A DNA stretch of 28,444 bases from an uncultured archaeon (GTDB lineage Archaea > Asgardarchaeota > Lokiarchaeia > Sigyniarchaeales > SOKP01). The DNA lies in assembly GCA_964486045.1 (NCBI GenBank), contig CAZALK010000028.1:1-28444 (forward strand), written 5' to 3'. Positions within the stretch are counted from its first letter, which is position 1; each line of letters starts with the position of its first letter. The position numbers and the translations under genes are program-made. Under the pieces are notes generated by a model, which was given only the letters and a program-made list of their open reading frames with translations, was not told the origin of the DNA and did no database searches. Shown here piece by piece: positions 7,820 through 17,421 of this stretch.

Positions 7820-10168
7820 TTATGGATTTAAATCTATAATTTTTAAACTCAAATTCAATTTTAATGCAAAATTATGGAATTTTTTGAATTTTTCTGGGTT
7901 AAGAGATAAATCCGGTGATTGCAGAATTTCCATAAATTTTTTTCCATAATATGTTTTGTTAATTTCTGATAGATCATACCTAAGTTCATCATCTTCAAAA
8001 AATCGAGTAATTTTTGCAAATTCAAATTCATCTTTTCTTAGGTTTAAAATTGTATTAGCATATTTAAAAAAAGAAGTATTTCTTAGTTTTTTTAAATTAA
8101 ATATCTCAGTACTTCCGGGAACTCGTTTACTTAAGATCTTTTTTATGAATGAGTGGATTTTGTTTAAAAATTCTTTTTTAGATTCGTTTAAATTAAGATC
8201 AAGACTAAGAATGTCTCTCAGGATTTCAGAATAATGCAAATTTATTCCATTTAATTCATTAGTTAAATCCAATAATAATAGAAGTTGATCAGATCTTGAA
8301 TCAAAATCTAATTTAAGGTCTTCAAAAATAAATTCTTTTTCTTTAAAAATAAAATCAAATAAAAACTCTCTAAAAGTTTGAACGAATTGGGGGTAATTCG
8401 GGAGATAAATTTTGTTGGGATTATTTAAAACTAATTCATTCGCTTGAAATGGATTTATCTCTTTATCTAGAACTGCTTTTGCTAGAGATAAAGGATAGAA
8501 ACCTTCGATAAAGGTCATTCCTAAAGAAATACTTCTTAGTGCATCCTTAAATGAGCATTTTGCAATAACATTAACATTTTTAATAATATTACTTTCGATT
8601 TTAATAGGAGTTTTTTTACAATAGCAAAGATCAAATGGTTTTAAGTCATGAAATAAGGAATTATTTTGATCAGGAATAATTATTTGAGAGCCGTAAGCAC
8701 TTACTATACTACCCTGAATTGGCTTATTTGCTAAATCCCATTCAATAATATTTATATCTTCAGAATCTTTCTGTTCACCTTCATAACTATATTCAACATT
8801 TTTACTTAATAAGGAGAATCCATCTATTGATTTAATAGAAAAATCATCTTCCCCCCAAAACTGTGTTTTGTAGTAATTTACGTCCTGAAAAGCACTTAAA
8901 TCATCTAAAAACAATTCTTTAATTATAAAATAATTGGTTCCAATTTCAGAGGATTTTATAGTTTGTTCATTTATACCATAAAAACCAATATGAGAAATAA
9001 TGTAACTGTAAACTGGATTTTTTAAGTTATCTTCAGCATGTTTTACAATATATGCGTTTCTTTTTTTTCTGAGTTCCCCTTTGGTGATTTTTATGCCATT
9101 CTTTTCTATTAATAATTTCAGAAAAGCGAATTTTTTTAAATATACTTTTTTCTCTAATTGCTTTATTTCTAGCTTATATTCCTTATATTCACTATCATAC
9201 CCCTCTTCAGGAATTTCTAACACTCTAAAATGTTTTTTTAACATTTTTAATTTATCTATTAAACAAAAATTATCGATTTCTGATATGAAATAATGCCCCA
9301 ATTTCTCTCTAAGTGAAATTAGCTTTTCACTAGGTATAATCTCCTTAAAATCAGGATTAAGTTTTATTAATTCCTCTTTATTTTTTAGTATAAGATATAT
9401 CGAGAAATAATTATCATTAAAATTTGTGCTTTTTATCATTGACCTCAACTTATTAATAAAGGATGCAATAATTCTGATTTCTTTAAATTCTAATATTTTG
9501 TTAATTGACTCAATGATTTTTAGTAGATTGTAAAATGAAAATTCATGGATTGTTTTTAAGAATTTTTGGAATCCTACTTTAATAATATCATCAAATTTAG
9601 CGAAATACTCGAGCAATTTGTTGACGTATCCATATTCTAAGAATTCAAAGAATTCATTAAACAAATTATTATCAATTGCGATTGTTAGAAAATCCTCAAT
9701 GATTGGTTCATTATTATGTTGATTAACGATTGCTTTGTTCAAATAATTAAGAGTTTCGACACAATTTTTCCTATCAAAACAATTATTGGCCAATAGTTGA
9801 AAATTTTTGCTTTTTTTTCTAGAACCTAAATCATCGGAAGTAAGAGAATATTTATTTAAATTCATTAAAATTTTATTTGAATGCTGATACTTAACGATCA
9901 TTAGCAATTTAATAAAATGAACACAGATTTTTTTGTCCCTTTCTGAATGGATTAAAAATAAGGGGCAATCGTGAAAAATTTCATAGTTTTTTTCGTCTAT
10001 AATAAGGTGATATTCGCGATCGTTATCTAAAATGATGCTTCTAATCTTCAATGGTTCTTTCCGAGTAGAAAAAATGTTAATCTTATTGCTGGGGAATTTA
10101 AGAGATTTCTGATAAAAGTTTAGACCAAATTTTTCGATTATAAAATCTGATATAGATTTTTCCGTCAT
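7820..10168 (-). CDS. 782-aa protein with an N-terminal SWIM-like zinc finger and a long helical body
   Basis: YHLII...IFHDCPLF-x9-ICVHFIKLLM fits SWIM (CxC...CxH) with His in place of the first Cys. Starts 7 bp after the vWA stop. Confidence 0.7.
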   Translation of the reverse strand: MTEKSISDFIIEKFGLNFYQKSLKFPSNKINIFSTRKEPLKIRSIILDNDREYHLIIDEKNYEIFHDCPLFLIHSERDKKICVHFIKLLMIVKYQHSNKILMNLNKYSLTSDDLGSRKKSKNFQLLANNCFDRKNCVETLNYLNKAIVNQHNNEPIIEDFLTIAIDNNLFNEFFEFLEYGYVNKLLEYFAKFDDIIKVGFQKFLKTIHEFSFYNLLKIIESINKILEFKEIRIIASFINKLRSMIKSTNFNDNYFSIYLILKNKEELIKLNPDFKEIIPSEKLISLREKLGHYFISEIDNFCLIDKLKMLKKHFRVLEIPEEGYDSEYKEYKLEIKQLEKKVYLKKFAFLKLLIEKNGIKITKGELRKKRNAYIVKHAEDNLKNPVYSYIISHIGFYGINEQTIKSSEIGTNYFIIKELFLDDLSAFQDVNYYKTQFWGEDDFSIKSIDGFSLLSKNVEYSYEGEQKDSEDINIIEWDLANKPIQGSIVSAYGSQIIIPDQNNSLFHDLKPFDLCYCKKTPIKIESNIIKNVNVIAKCSFKDALRSISLGMTFIEGFYPLSLAKAVLDKEINPFQANELVLNNPNKIYLPNYPQFVQTFREFLFDFIFKEKEFIFEDLKLDFDSRSDQLLLLLDLTNELNGINLHYSEILRDILSLDLNLNESKKEFLNKIHSFIKKILSKRVPGSTEIFNLKKLRNTSFFKYANTILNLRKDEFEFAKITRFFEDDELRYDLSEINKTYYGKKFMEILQSPDLSLNPEKFKKFHNFALKLNLSLKIIDLNP

Positions 10169-10175
10169 TTTTATT

Positions 10176-12677
10176 TCAAAATCTTGATTTAATGATTTCG
10201 GAAATTAATTTTGGAAACTCATCCCAATTTTTTATAGTAAGTAATTGGCCTCCTGCAACTTTTACCATTTTATTGGCTTCCTTTAAGTTGTAAGAAGATT
10301 CGGGGCAGACTAAAATGAAATCTACTCCTAATGAACGCATAATTCTGAACTCTTCTATTGCATCTTTAAGATCAAAAATTTCTGCATCCGTGAATAAAAC
10401 ATTTAATTTTTCCCGTGAATATGAATGTTCCTTAAATTGTTTGTTTGCCCATTCTAGAGTCTTTTGCATTTTTGTTCCGCCTCGAGCAGAAACAGAAAGA
10501 AGATCATCTGCTAATTTTTCTAAATCAATTTTTTGATTTAAATTTTTTAGCACATGAGTATCGGATTCAAAAAATGAAATACCTAGTTCATCCTTACGCA
10601 TGCCATAACAAAGCATAGTTACACAAATACTCATGTAGGCAAGTTTTTCACCACTCATACTTCCTGATATATCGAGTTCGAAACACGCTGTCCTGAGACC
10701 TTTTGCGGTTTCAAAAACGAAGAAATCGTCATATTGTATATGTTCTAGTTTTTTTCCCTTTTCTAATATGTTAAAAATTGTCTCTTCAAGGTCTATATTT
10801 TCAAAATCATCCCCTATTGTATAAGGTCTTACAATATTTATTGGAATCGGACCTGTGGTGGAACTACCTAAGCGAGCGCGGGAATAATATATACCTAATT
10901 CAATTAAGACTTTTTTTGCTAATTCTTTCACTTTTTGCTTCGCTGTAGCAGGTAAATTCTCTCTATGCATAAACCATTGTTTAAGTAAATTTTCTCCACT
11001 ACCTGCATGTAGGCAAGATATCATCATATCTTGCGCTTCTTTACCACCAATTTGTTGAGCTCCTTTTAAAGCCTCGCTTAAGTTAAAATTACCTAAAGCA
11101 CCTAATGCTTCTCTATTATCTGAGGCTAAAGCACTAGCTATCAATTCGTTAAACCTTTCAGGGTTTAGCTGATCACTTATTTGATTCATTAAACTACTTA
11201 ATCGTTGAAAATCAGCTGATTTTTTATCAATTAATTTTTTCAATAATTGATAATTTGGTTCAATTAATTCATAGATCTCTTCCTCTGGCATATCAAGTTT
11301 TTTACCAACTCTATTTATATCCTCCGCTGACGGAGTTAATCCGATCTTTCTTAAAAATTCTGTAATATCCTTTAATTGATAAGCTGCTTCACTCGACTCT
11401 AAAGTCATTTTAGTAAGATCAGGAAGGTTTTGTGCTATTTTTTGGCTACAATGTAAATTTTGACAACTATTAGCAAGTTGCTGTATTTGATGAGAAAGAG
11501 ATTTGAATCCCTCAAACTTCTTGTTTTGGTTCATAGCTTCTTTTATAGCATTTTGAAGTGCTTGATTGAAAAGAGAATTCCAGGACTTGTTTGCATATGC
11601 TGTTTTAGTTAATGATTCCAATGAAAGATTCATTTTAGAAGAAGATTTTTGTTGATTAAACTTATCAAACAATGAAGCTCTTAGATCAGTTCCATAAAAT
11701 TGATCTAGTGAGTTTGCTAAATTAAAGTTATGCTCAAACGAAGAATTTTGTAATGAATTATTTAAGATCTTCTCTGAATCAAAATTAGGAGCTTCTCCTA
11801 ATGTTTTTGCAGCATTAAACAATTGATTTAAATTATCTATATGATTTTGCAGATCTTTCTTTAGATCTTGAAGAATATCTTTAGAAACAGCTTTTGTTTT
11901 ATCAAGGTATTTAATGGTCTGAATTAAATCTTCAATTTTCCCAGATTTAACTAAATTATCTAAATCTTTGGAAATATTTTTATTATTAAGAGCATTACTT
12001 GCTATTTTTTCCCAAGATCGAATAGATCTTTTTTGAATTAAATTATCTAGACCTAATAAATGACCTGCTTTTAGATCTTCAGGATCTAAGGAGTTTATTC
12101 TATTGGTTAACCTCTTTTTTGCTTCCTCAAGTAATTTATTAAACGAATTTATTTCCTCTTTATATAATTCAGAATCATCATTAAAAAAGTTCATGGCAGC
12201 TTCAATTTGTTCCTCCCCTCTTTTCCGACTTAAAGCTTCCATAAAATTTTCCATTTGTTCAATAAGATTTGTATCGATTGATTTAGATACTTCAATTTCA
12301 TCGATTAATTCTTGTAGTTGGTCTAATTCAGACATTAATTCTGATTTTTCTGCCTTATCCTCAAGCTCAGAAATTTCTCCATCATTAAAAAAAGAATTCA
12401 TCATATTTTTCTTATAATTTGGAAACAAAACTTCAAACGAGATTTCTTTTGCTAAGTGTTGATTATCTGGGAATGAGGTAACTGTACTAATTTCAATAAA
12501 ATCATTTGGAGTTACATAACCCTTCCGGTAATATCTTGAGACAATTAATTTTGGAATTGATAACACTTGTCGTGAAGATGGAATTTGAATTGTATCTGGA
12601 TGATTTCTCATCCTCCTAATAAATTCAACAGCAAAATCACATGGATTTTCAGGAAAGACTCCCAAAAGATTATCCAC
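10176..12677 (-). CDS. vWA (MIDAS) domain protein, MoxR partner, with N-terminal AAA+ lid-like domain
   Basis: C-terminal vWA with DISGS (DxSxS), GGT and FTDA, preceded by RPYTIGDD..IDLEETI. Overlaps the MoxR stop. The true start may be TTG a few codons in, after AGGTGG. Confidence 0.88.
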   Translation of the reverse strand: MDNLLGVFPENPCDFAVEFIRRMRNHPDTIQIPSSRQVLSIPKLIVSRYYRKGYVTPNDFIEISTVTSFPDNQHLAKEISFEVLFPNYKKNMMNSFFNDGEISELEDKAEKSELMSELDQLQELIDEIEVSKSIDTNLIEQMENFMEALSRKRGEEQIEAAMNFFNDDSELYKEEINSFNKLLEEAKKRLTNRINSLDPEDLKAGHLLGLDNLIQKRSIRSWEKIASNALNNKNISKDLDNLVKSGKIEDLIQTIKYLDKTKAVSKDILQDLKKDLQNHIDNLNQLFNAAKTLGEAPNFDSEKILNNSLQNSSFEHNFNLANSLDQFYGTDLRASLFDKFNQQKSSSKMNLSLESLTKTAYANKSWNSLFNQALQNAIKEAMNQNKKFEGFKSLSHQIQQLANSCQNLHCSQKIAQNLPDLTKMTLESSEAAYQLKDITEFLRKIGLTPSAEDINRVGKKLDMPEEEIYELIEPNYQLLKKLIDKKSADFQRLSSLMNQISDQLNPERFNELIASALASDNREALGALGNFNLSEALKGAQQIGGKEAQDMMISCLHAGSGENLLKQWFMHRENLPATAKQKVKELAKKVLIELGIYYSRARLGSSTTGPIPINIVRPYTIGDDFENIDLEETIFNILEKGKKLEHIQYDDFFVFETAKGLRTACFELDISGSMSGEKLAYMSICVTMLCYGMRKDELGISFFESDTHVLKNLNQKIDLEKLADDLLSVSARGGTKMQKTLEWANKQFKEHSYSREKLNVLFTDAEIFDLKDAIEEFRIMRSLGVDFILVCPESSYNLKEANKMVKVAGGQLLTIKNWDEFPKLISEIIKSRF

Positions 12678-13617
12678 CTAAGGTTTTATGTATGATATTC
12701 TCAATAACATTTTCTACTTTTACACCGGGTTTAGGTTTGATACTTCCTAATAAAACATTTTTAGCAATCTCAGATAGAAAGATATATACAGATTCTTTTT
12801 CTCCTGTTTTTTTCTTCTTTTCCATCAACCGTTTCCTTCCTAATAATTTTGCCATGGCAATTCCTGCTCTTACAGAAGCGGGTATATCAATATCGACCTT
12901 ATTTTGCCTTGTTTCTTTTATAACTGAGTATATTAATTCTAATTCAGATTCCTCTATAAGAAAGTGTTCAGGTAAATTAATTCTTATTATATCTAGCTCA
13001 GTTGATTTATCAGGGTAAGTCAATTTTATCCACACTTTTATTCTATCTTTTAGTGCTTCAGATAAACGATGAGTTCCTGATAGTTCCTCAGGGTTCATTG
13101 CACATATGAAAAAGAAATCCTTATCTGCTTTTATCCTCCCTAAATGAGGTATTGCTATTGAGGCTTCTTCTAAAGGCTCTAATAAAGTATTTTGAGAATA
13201 TTCTGTTGACCTGTTAATTTCATTTGCTAAGAACGTTCCACCCTCTAGCATCGCATTCAATAATGGTCCAGGGTTAAATGCTTCTAATACAAAACCCTTT
13301 TTCAACGTGATAGCAGGATCAAATGACCCAATAAAATGTGATGGTTTGATGCTTTCATCCATGGTAAGCCAATTGAAGCTTCTATTTTTGTTTTCTTTCG
13401 CTCTAAGACTAGCGAAATATCTACATAAAATAGTCTTTCCAACTCCGGGTGGACCTACTAGGGAGGGAAATAATCCAGTCGCCTCTGCGTCTCTTAGTAA
13501 TTCGAGTGCTTTGCCATATTGTCCTGAAAGAACTATTTCAATTTGTTCTTCGGTAATATCTTTAATGAGATGTTGATTAAATAATTCTTCAAAATGTTGT
13601 TTATTTATCATTCTCAA
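12670..13617 (-). CDS. MoxR-family AAA+ ATPase
   Basis: Walker A GPPGVGKT, GPLLNAM, Walker B variant FLANEINR, QNTLL, AMNP (sensor I), LSEALKDR (Arg finger), PASVRA (sensor II). Confidence 0.92.
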   Translation of the reverse strand: MRMINKQHFEELFNQHLIKDITEEQIEIVLSGQYGKALELLRDAEATGLFPSLVGPPGVGKTILCRYFASLRAKENKNRSFNWLTMDESIKPSHFIGSFDPAITLKKGFVLEAFNPGPLLNAMLEGGTFLANEINRSTEYSQNTLLEPLEEASIAIPHLGRIKADKDFFFICAMNPEELSGTHRLSEALKDRIKVWIKLTYPDKSTELDIIRINLPEHFLIEESELELIYSVIKETRQNKVDIDIPASVRAGIAMAKLLGRKRLMEKKKKTGEKESVYIFLSEIAKNVLLGSIKPKPGVKVENVIENIIHKTLGG

Positions 13618-13777
13618 TTCTCTTTTGTAACGGAAAAATTTGATACTCTTCTACTTATATATTAATTACTAGATAACATAAAACTTTAAAGTTATTAATT
13701 AAAGGGTATGATAATTTCCTTTACGAATTGATTGAATAAAATCAGATATAAATAATTTTAGCTAGAGGAATAGATTA

Positions 13778-14116
13778 CTAAGTCATTTTTTCATATATTT
13801 TGGTCCTTTTATCACCTTTTAAATTCTTATTTTTTCTGATATATTTATTTTTCCATAATTCGCTAATATAATTCTGGATTGTACTTTTCTTCTTATCAGT
13901 TTCTTCCATAATTTCATAAATTGAAATTTTTTCTTGTACTTCAAACAAAGGAATTAAAGTTTCTTCAAAAAATCTATGTGAACATTCTCTGATTTCAGGC
14001 TTAAATTCATATAATTTCAGTTTTTTTTTTAATTTATTTATTTCTTTTTGAAATTCTTCTGAGATTCTGTCTAATGTATACAAAATTTCATAAGATTCGT
14101 TTTTGTCGGTATTCAC
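13778..14116 (-). CDS. Small winged-helix DNA-binding protein with N-terminal coiled coil
   Basis: ISIYEIMEETDKKKSTIQNYISELWKNKYI...GDKRTKIY resembles MarR/ArsR-type wHTH with a DxR wing. Divergent from the methyltransferase. Confidence 0.65.
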   Translation of the reverse strand: MNTDKNESYEILYTLDRISEEFQKEINKLKKKLKLYEFKPEIRECSHRFFEETLIPLFEVQEKISIYEIMEETDKKKSTIQNYISELWKNKYIRKNKNLKGDKRTKIYEKMT

Positions 14117-14134
14117 ATAGATTATTAAATATTA

Positions 14135-14270
14135 ATTATATATAATATTATCCATTTTGATTACTGTTATTTTTTAGAGTTTAAATAGGAGTTTATTTAT
14201 ATATAATTCTATATTAAGATTTGAATGCAATAATATTTTATAGTTCTACATAATATTATTATATATAATA
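14135..14270. promoter_or_regulatory. Three TTATATATAA palindromes in the divergent wHTH/dam intergenic region (TATA boxes or operators)
   Basis: Cores at 14136, 14197 and 14259, spaced 61 and 62 bp. Confidence 0.35.
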
Positions 14271-14361
14271 TATATTTAATAAAAATTTTTTAATAAAATA
14301 TTCGTTTATATAGATTCGATTCAAATACTTAGCGATTGATAAATAAAATGGAGGAAAAAAA

Positions 14362-15285
14362 TTGTCAGAGAAGGAAAAATTAGCTTTTAGAGATATTAGT
14401 CAGGATTTTTCCAAGAATACTGGGAATTATACTACTATTCTCCAAAAAAAGAATGGAAATCTTAAAAATGAAATACCACACCCATTTTTAAAATGGGCTG
14501 GAGGAAAAAGACAATTAATATCACAGATGCATAGATATTTTCCAAAAAACTTTAAGAAATATATTGAACCCTTTATAGGTGGTGGGGCAGTTCTTTTTTA
14601 TTTAAAACCAAAACTTTCTATTATCATTGATATAAATAAAGAATTAATCAATTGTTACAAAGTTATAAAAAACAACGTAGAAGAATTGATAGAATTATTA
14701 AAAATCCATAAGAATGAAAAAGGTTATTATTACAGAATAAGAGAAATAGACAGGGATGATGAAAAGTTCGCCAATTTAACTAATATAGAAAAAGCTTCCA
14801 GAATGATTTATATGAATAGATGTTGTTATAACGGCTTATATAGAGTAAATAGTAGAGGTCAATTCAATGTACCTTTTGGTAAATATAAAAATCCTAATTT
14901 CTGTGATGAAGAAAATTTATTAGTCGTAAGTAAAACATTAGAAAATGTGAAGATTGTTCATGGTTCTTTTGAGGTTAGTTTAGATTATGCTGAAAAAGAT
15001 GATTTTATTTATTTCGACCCTCCATATTATCCTATTTCAAAAACTTCATCCTTTACTAGTTATACAAAAGAAAGTTTCGGAGAAGCTTCTCAAATGAAAT
15101 TACTCCGTGTTTTTAAAAAGCTGGATGAACTTGATTGTAAACTTATGTTAAGTAATTCATATAATGAGTATATTAAAGAATTATATAAAGATTTCAAAAT
15201 TATAACGCTAGATGCGAGAAGAGTTATTAATTGCAATGCTGCGAAAAGGGGAAACATCAAGGTTTTACTTATAAAAAATTATTAA
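14362..15285 (+). CDS. dam: Dam/DpnM-like alpha-class N6-adenine DNA methyltransferase
   Basis: PFLKWAGGKRQL, EPFIGGGAV (SAM binding), YNGLYRVN..GQFNVPFG, catalytic DPPY, MLSNS. GGAGG ribosome-binding site 7 nt before TTG. Confidence 0.93.
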   Translation: MSEKEKLAFRDISQDFSKNTGNYTTILQKKNGNLKNEIPHPFLKWAGGKRQLISQMHRYFPKNFKKYIEPFIGGGAVLFYLKPKLSIIIDINKELINCYKVIKNNVEELIELLKIHKNEKGYYYRIREIDRDDEKFANLTNIEKASRMIYMNRCCYNGLYRVNSRGQFNVPFGKYKNPNFCDEENLLVVSKTLENVKIVHGSFEVSLDYAEKDDFIYFDPPYYPISKTSSFTSYTKESFGEASQMKLLRVFKKLDELDCKLMLSNSYNEYIKELYKDFKIITLDARRVINCNAAKRGNIKVLLIKNY

Positions 15286-15400
15286 CAAGATTATTTTGGG
15301 TTTTATTGAAAATTAGGATTCCAGAAATTGAATCGAAAAAATTTATTACTCTTAGAGATCCAATAAATAGTTAAGGCCATTAAAAATCATAAAAAATAAA

Positions 15401-16297
15401 ATGCAAGAAGACAGCAACATTGAGAATTCAGAACAATCTGTAAGAAATGCCTATATTTTTTTATTAAGTCATTCAAGATCGCCTGAAGCATTTTCTAAAG
15501 AAGAATTTAAGATATTTGCTAGTTATACTAATCCAGATAATTTTGATACTTATTTTTCAAAGAAATTTAGACATTTTTTAGATGAATCCCCGAACAATCC
15601 AGGTAAATACTTAATTTCGGGTATATTTAAAAAATATTCTAAATGGGAAAAATTTAGAGCATATTACTCACAAAGTTCGAAGATAAAAGCAAGCTATATA
15701 GAAGAATCTTATAAAAATCTAATGATATTTGAATTTTTCATGCCTTTAACTAATGAACATGACTTAAAATCAGCATTAGACGAAGTTTTTTATAAAGATA
15801 CAGTAAAATTGTCGTTAAATAGAATTCCGAAACAAGAGTTATTTAAGGCTATTCCAAAAGAGGAGGAAGAGTCTGAAGTTCAATATACCGAAAGAATTTG
15901 TAATTGGATCTCTAAAAGATTTGATGGGTACTCTATCGGGACAGTTAGAGGTAGGTTTAAAATAGCAGATTTAAGAACGTTTTCTGAAATTGCTCTTGTT
16001 AGAGAAAGAGGAATGGACTACTTAATCGATGAAACTACTGCTATGGTTCGCTTCATATTTCATATTGGTATCCCCTCAAAAAATCAATTATTATTTAATA
16101 TTGAGCAGTTTAATGGGAACATAGATGAAGATATTCTCAACGCAGATATAATGAAAGAAGTAAATCAAATAAGATTTTTTTTTAAAAATCTATTTGTAAG
16201 AAATATATTAGACCTTGTTAATGGGGAAGATGAAATCTGGATGCTTGAAAGTGGTATAAGAAATCACTTATATATTTGGAAAAATGAGATGGTTTAA
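15401..16297 (+). CDS. Hypothetical protein (298 aa); possible N-terminal wHTH and C-terminal alpha/beta domain
   Basis: Long ORF with typical composition and no certain family match. Confidence 0.75.
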   Translation: MQEDSNIENSEQSVRNAYIFLLSHSRSPEAFSKEEFKIFASYTNPDNFDTYFSKKFRHFLDESPNNPGKYLISGIFKKYSKWEKFRAYYSQSSKIKASYIEESYKNLMIFEFFMPLTNEHDLKSALDEVFYKDTVKLSLNRIPKQELFKAIPKEEEESEVQYTERICNWISKRFDGYSIGTVRGRFKIADLRTFSEIALVRERGMDYLIDETTAMVRFIFHIGIPSKNQLLFNIEQFNGNIDEDILNADIMKEVNQIRFFFKNLFVRNILDLVNGEDEIWMLESGIRNHLYIWKNEMV

Positions 16298-16314
16298 CAA
16301 TAAGAATTTATCTT

Positions 16315-16884
16315 TTAAAGACGGTTATTTTCTTGAGGAGTAGCTTCAAAACTTTTATCTATAAAATTTTTTAACTTTGAACGACCACTAAAATTCCAAT
16401 ACCTTATATCTTGCTCAATAAACATCCATTTTATAATTTTTAACAAAACCTTGATGTCTTCCCCACAAGAAAAAACTATATTTTTTGCCGTTAACCAATC
16501 TATTATACGATCGTCATCTTCGCAAATAAAAATTTTATTTACACTCATAAGAAGAATATTTAAATTGTATTGGTTTTCAACCTCTTTTAATTTTAAATCT
16601 TGAATTATATCTTTATAGCTTGGCATTTTATTAATATTATTTTTATTCCAATTCTCCATCCATATTTGGAAATCAAATCCCATTTTGTATTGAGCTGGTC
16701 TAATTAAATGTAGTTTTCTTCCATCTGAAAACTCTTCAACTATATATTTATATCGAGACACAAATTTTCCAGTGCCTCGTCCGGGGTTTTCTTCCATAAA
16801 TTTAATTACCACACTTTTTCTCAAATCGTTTCTAGAGAAAAGTTTAGGAAGTCTCCAATTAAGGGTTATATAGGAATAAGGCAT
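16315..16884 (-). CDS. Hypothetical protein (189 aa); candidate restriction-system effector
   Basis: Clean ORF with motif-like blocks PGRGTG..SRYKYIVE, RPA....GFDF and KWMFIEQDIRYWNFSGR. Convergent with the dam transcription unit. The function is inferred from context only. Confidence 0.7.
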   Translation of the reverse strand: MPYSYITLNWRLPKLFSRNDLRKSVVIKFMEENPGRGTGKFVSRYKYIVEEFSDGRKLHLIRPAQYKMGFDFQIWMENWNKNNINKMPSYKDIIQDLKLKEVENQYNLNILLMSVNKIFICEDDDRIIDWLTAKNIVFSCGEDIKVLLKIIKWMFIEQDIRYWNFSGRSKLKNFIDKSFEATPQENNRL

Positions 16885-17171
16885 ATTTTTTTCTCTTACT
16901 TAGTGATCAAAACTTTTATTTTAGTTAATTCTATTATAATCCAATTAATAAAGAATTAAGGATTTGTATTTCTTTTATATGATAAATTAGAATTTATAAC
17001 GAAATTAAAGATTATCTCTGTTGCTGCTTCCAATTTTTTTTAAACAATTTGCATTAAAAACTATTAATATTTTTTAAGGTAAAATGTTATCATCATACTA
17101 TAGCTAAATTAAATAAAGGTTTAGAGTATAATTTATTTTAGATATTTATCTTAGTTCAAAGAGAAAATATA

Positions 17172-17399
17172 AATTACTCTAATGTCCATCGAACTTCAGT
17201 GGTCATAAGAGAATTTTCTCAACAAGCACAATTTTTAGTAATCAACCACCGCGAAGAAAATATTGTAAATTCTGATAGAATTTATGGCGTATCTATGCAA
17301 CAAAGTGGAATAACAGATATATTTAGTGTCGATTTGGAGGAAGAAGCTAAAAGACTATTAGAACTTGAAGAAATCGAATCCACAATTACTGAAAATTAA
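17172..17399 (+). pseudogene. smc: Extreme C-terminal remnant of chromosome segregation ATPase Smc
   Basis: (N)YSNVHRTSVVIREFSQQAQFLVINHR...SDRIYGVSMQQSGITDIFSVDL matches the Smc C-terminus after the D-loop, including the H-loop. In-frame TAG at 17139-17141. No Walker B, signature motif, hinge or N-head. Directly upstream of scpA-scpB. Confidence 0.88.
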
Positions 17400-17421
17400 A
17401 AACAAAAAAGGTGAAAAAAAA

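Noticed and set aside
16925-16959. Imperfect inverted repeat TTAATTCT...AGAATTAA upstream of the 189-aa gene
   Set aside because: Only 8 perfect bp in very AT-rich DNA, which is not distinguishable from chance.
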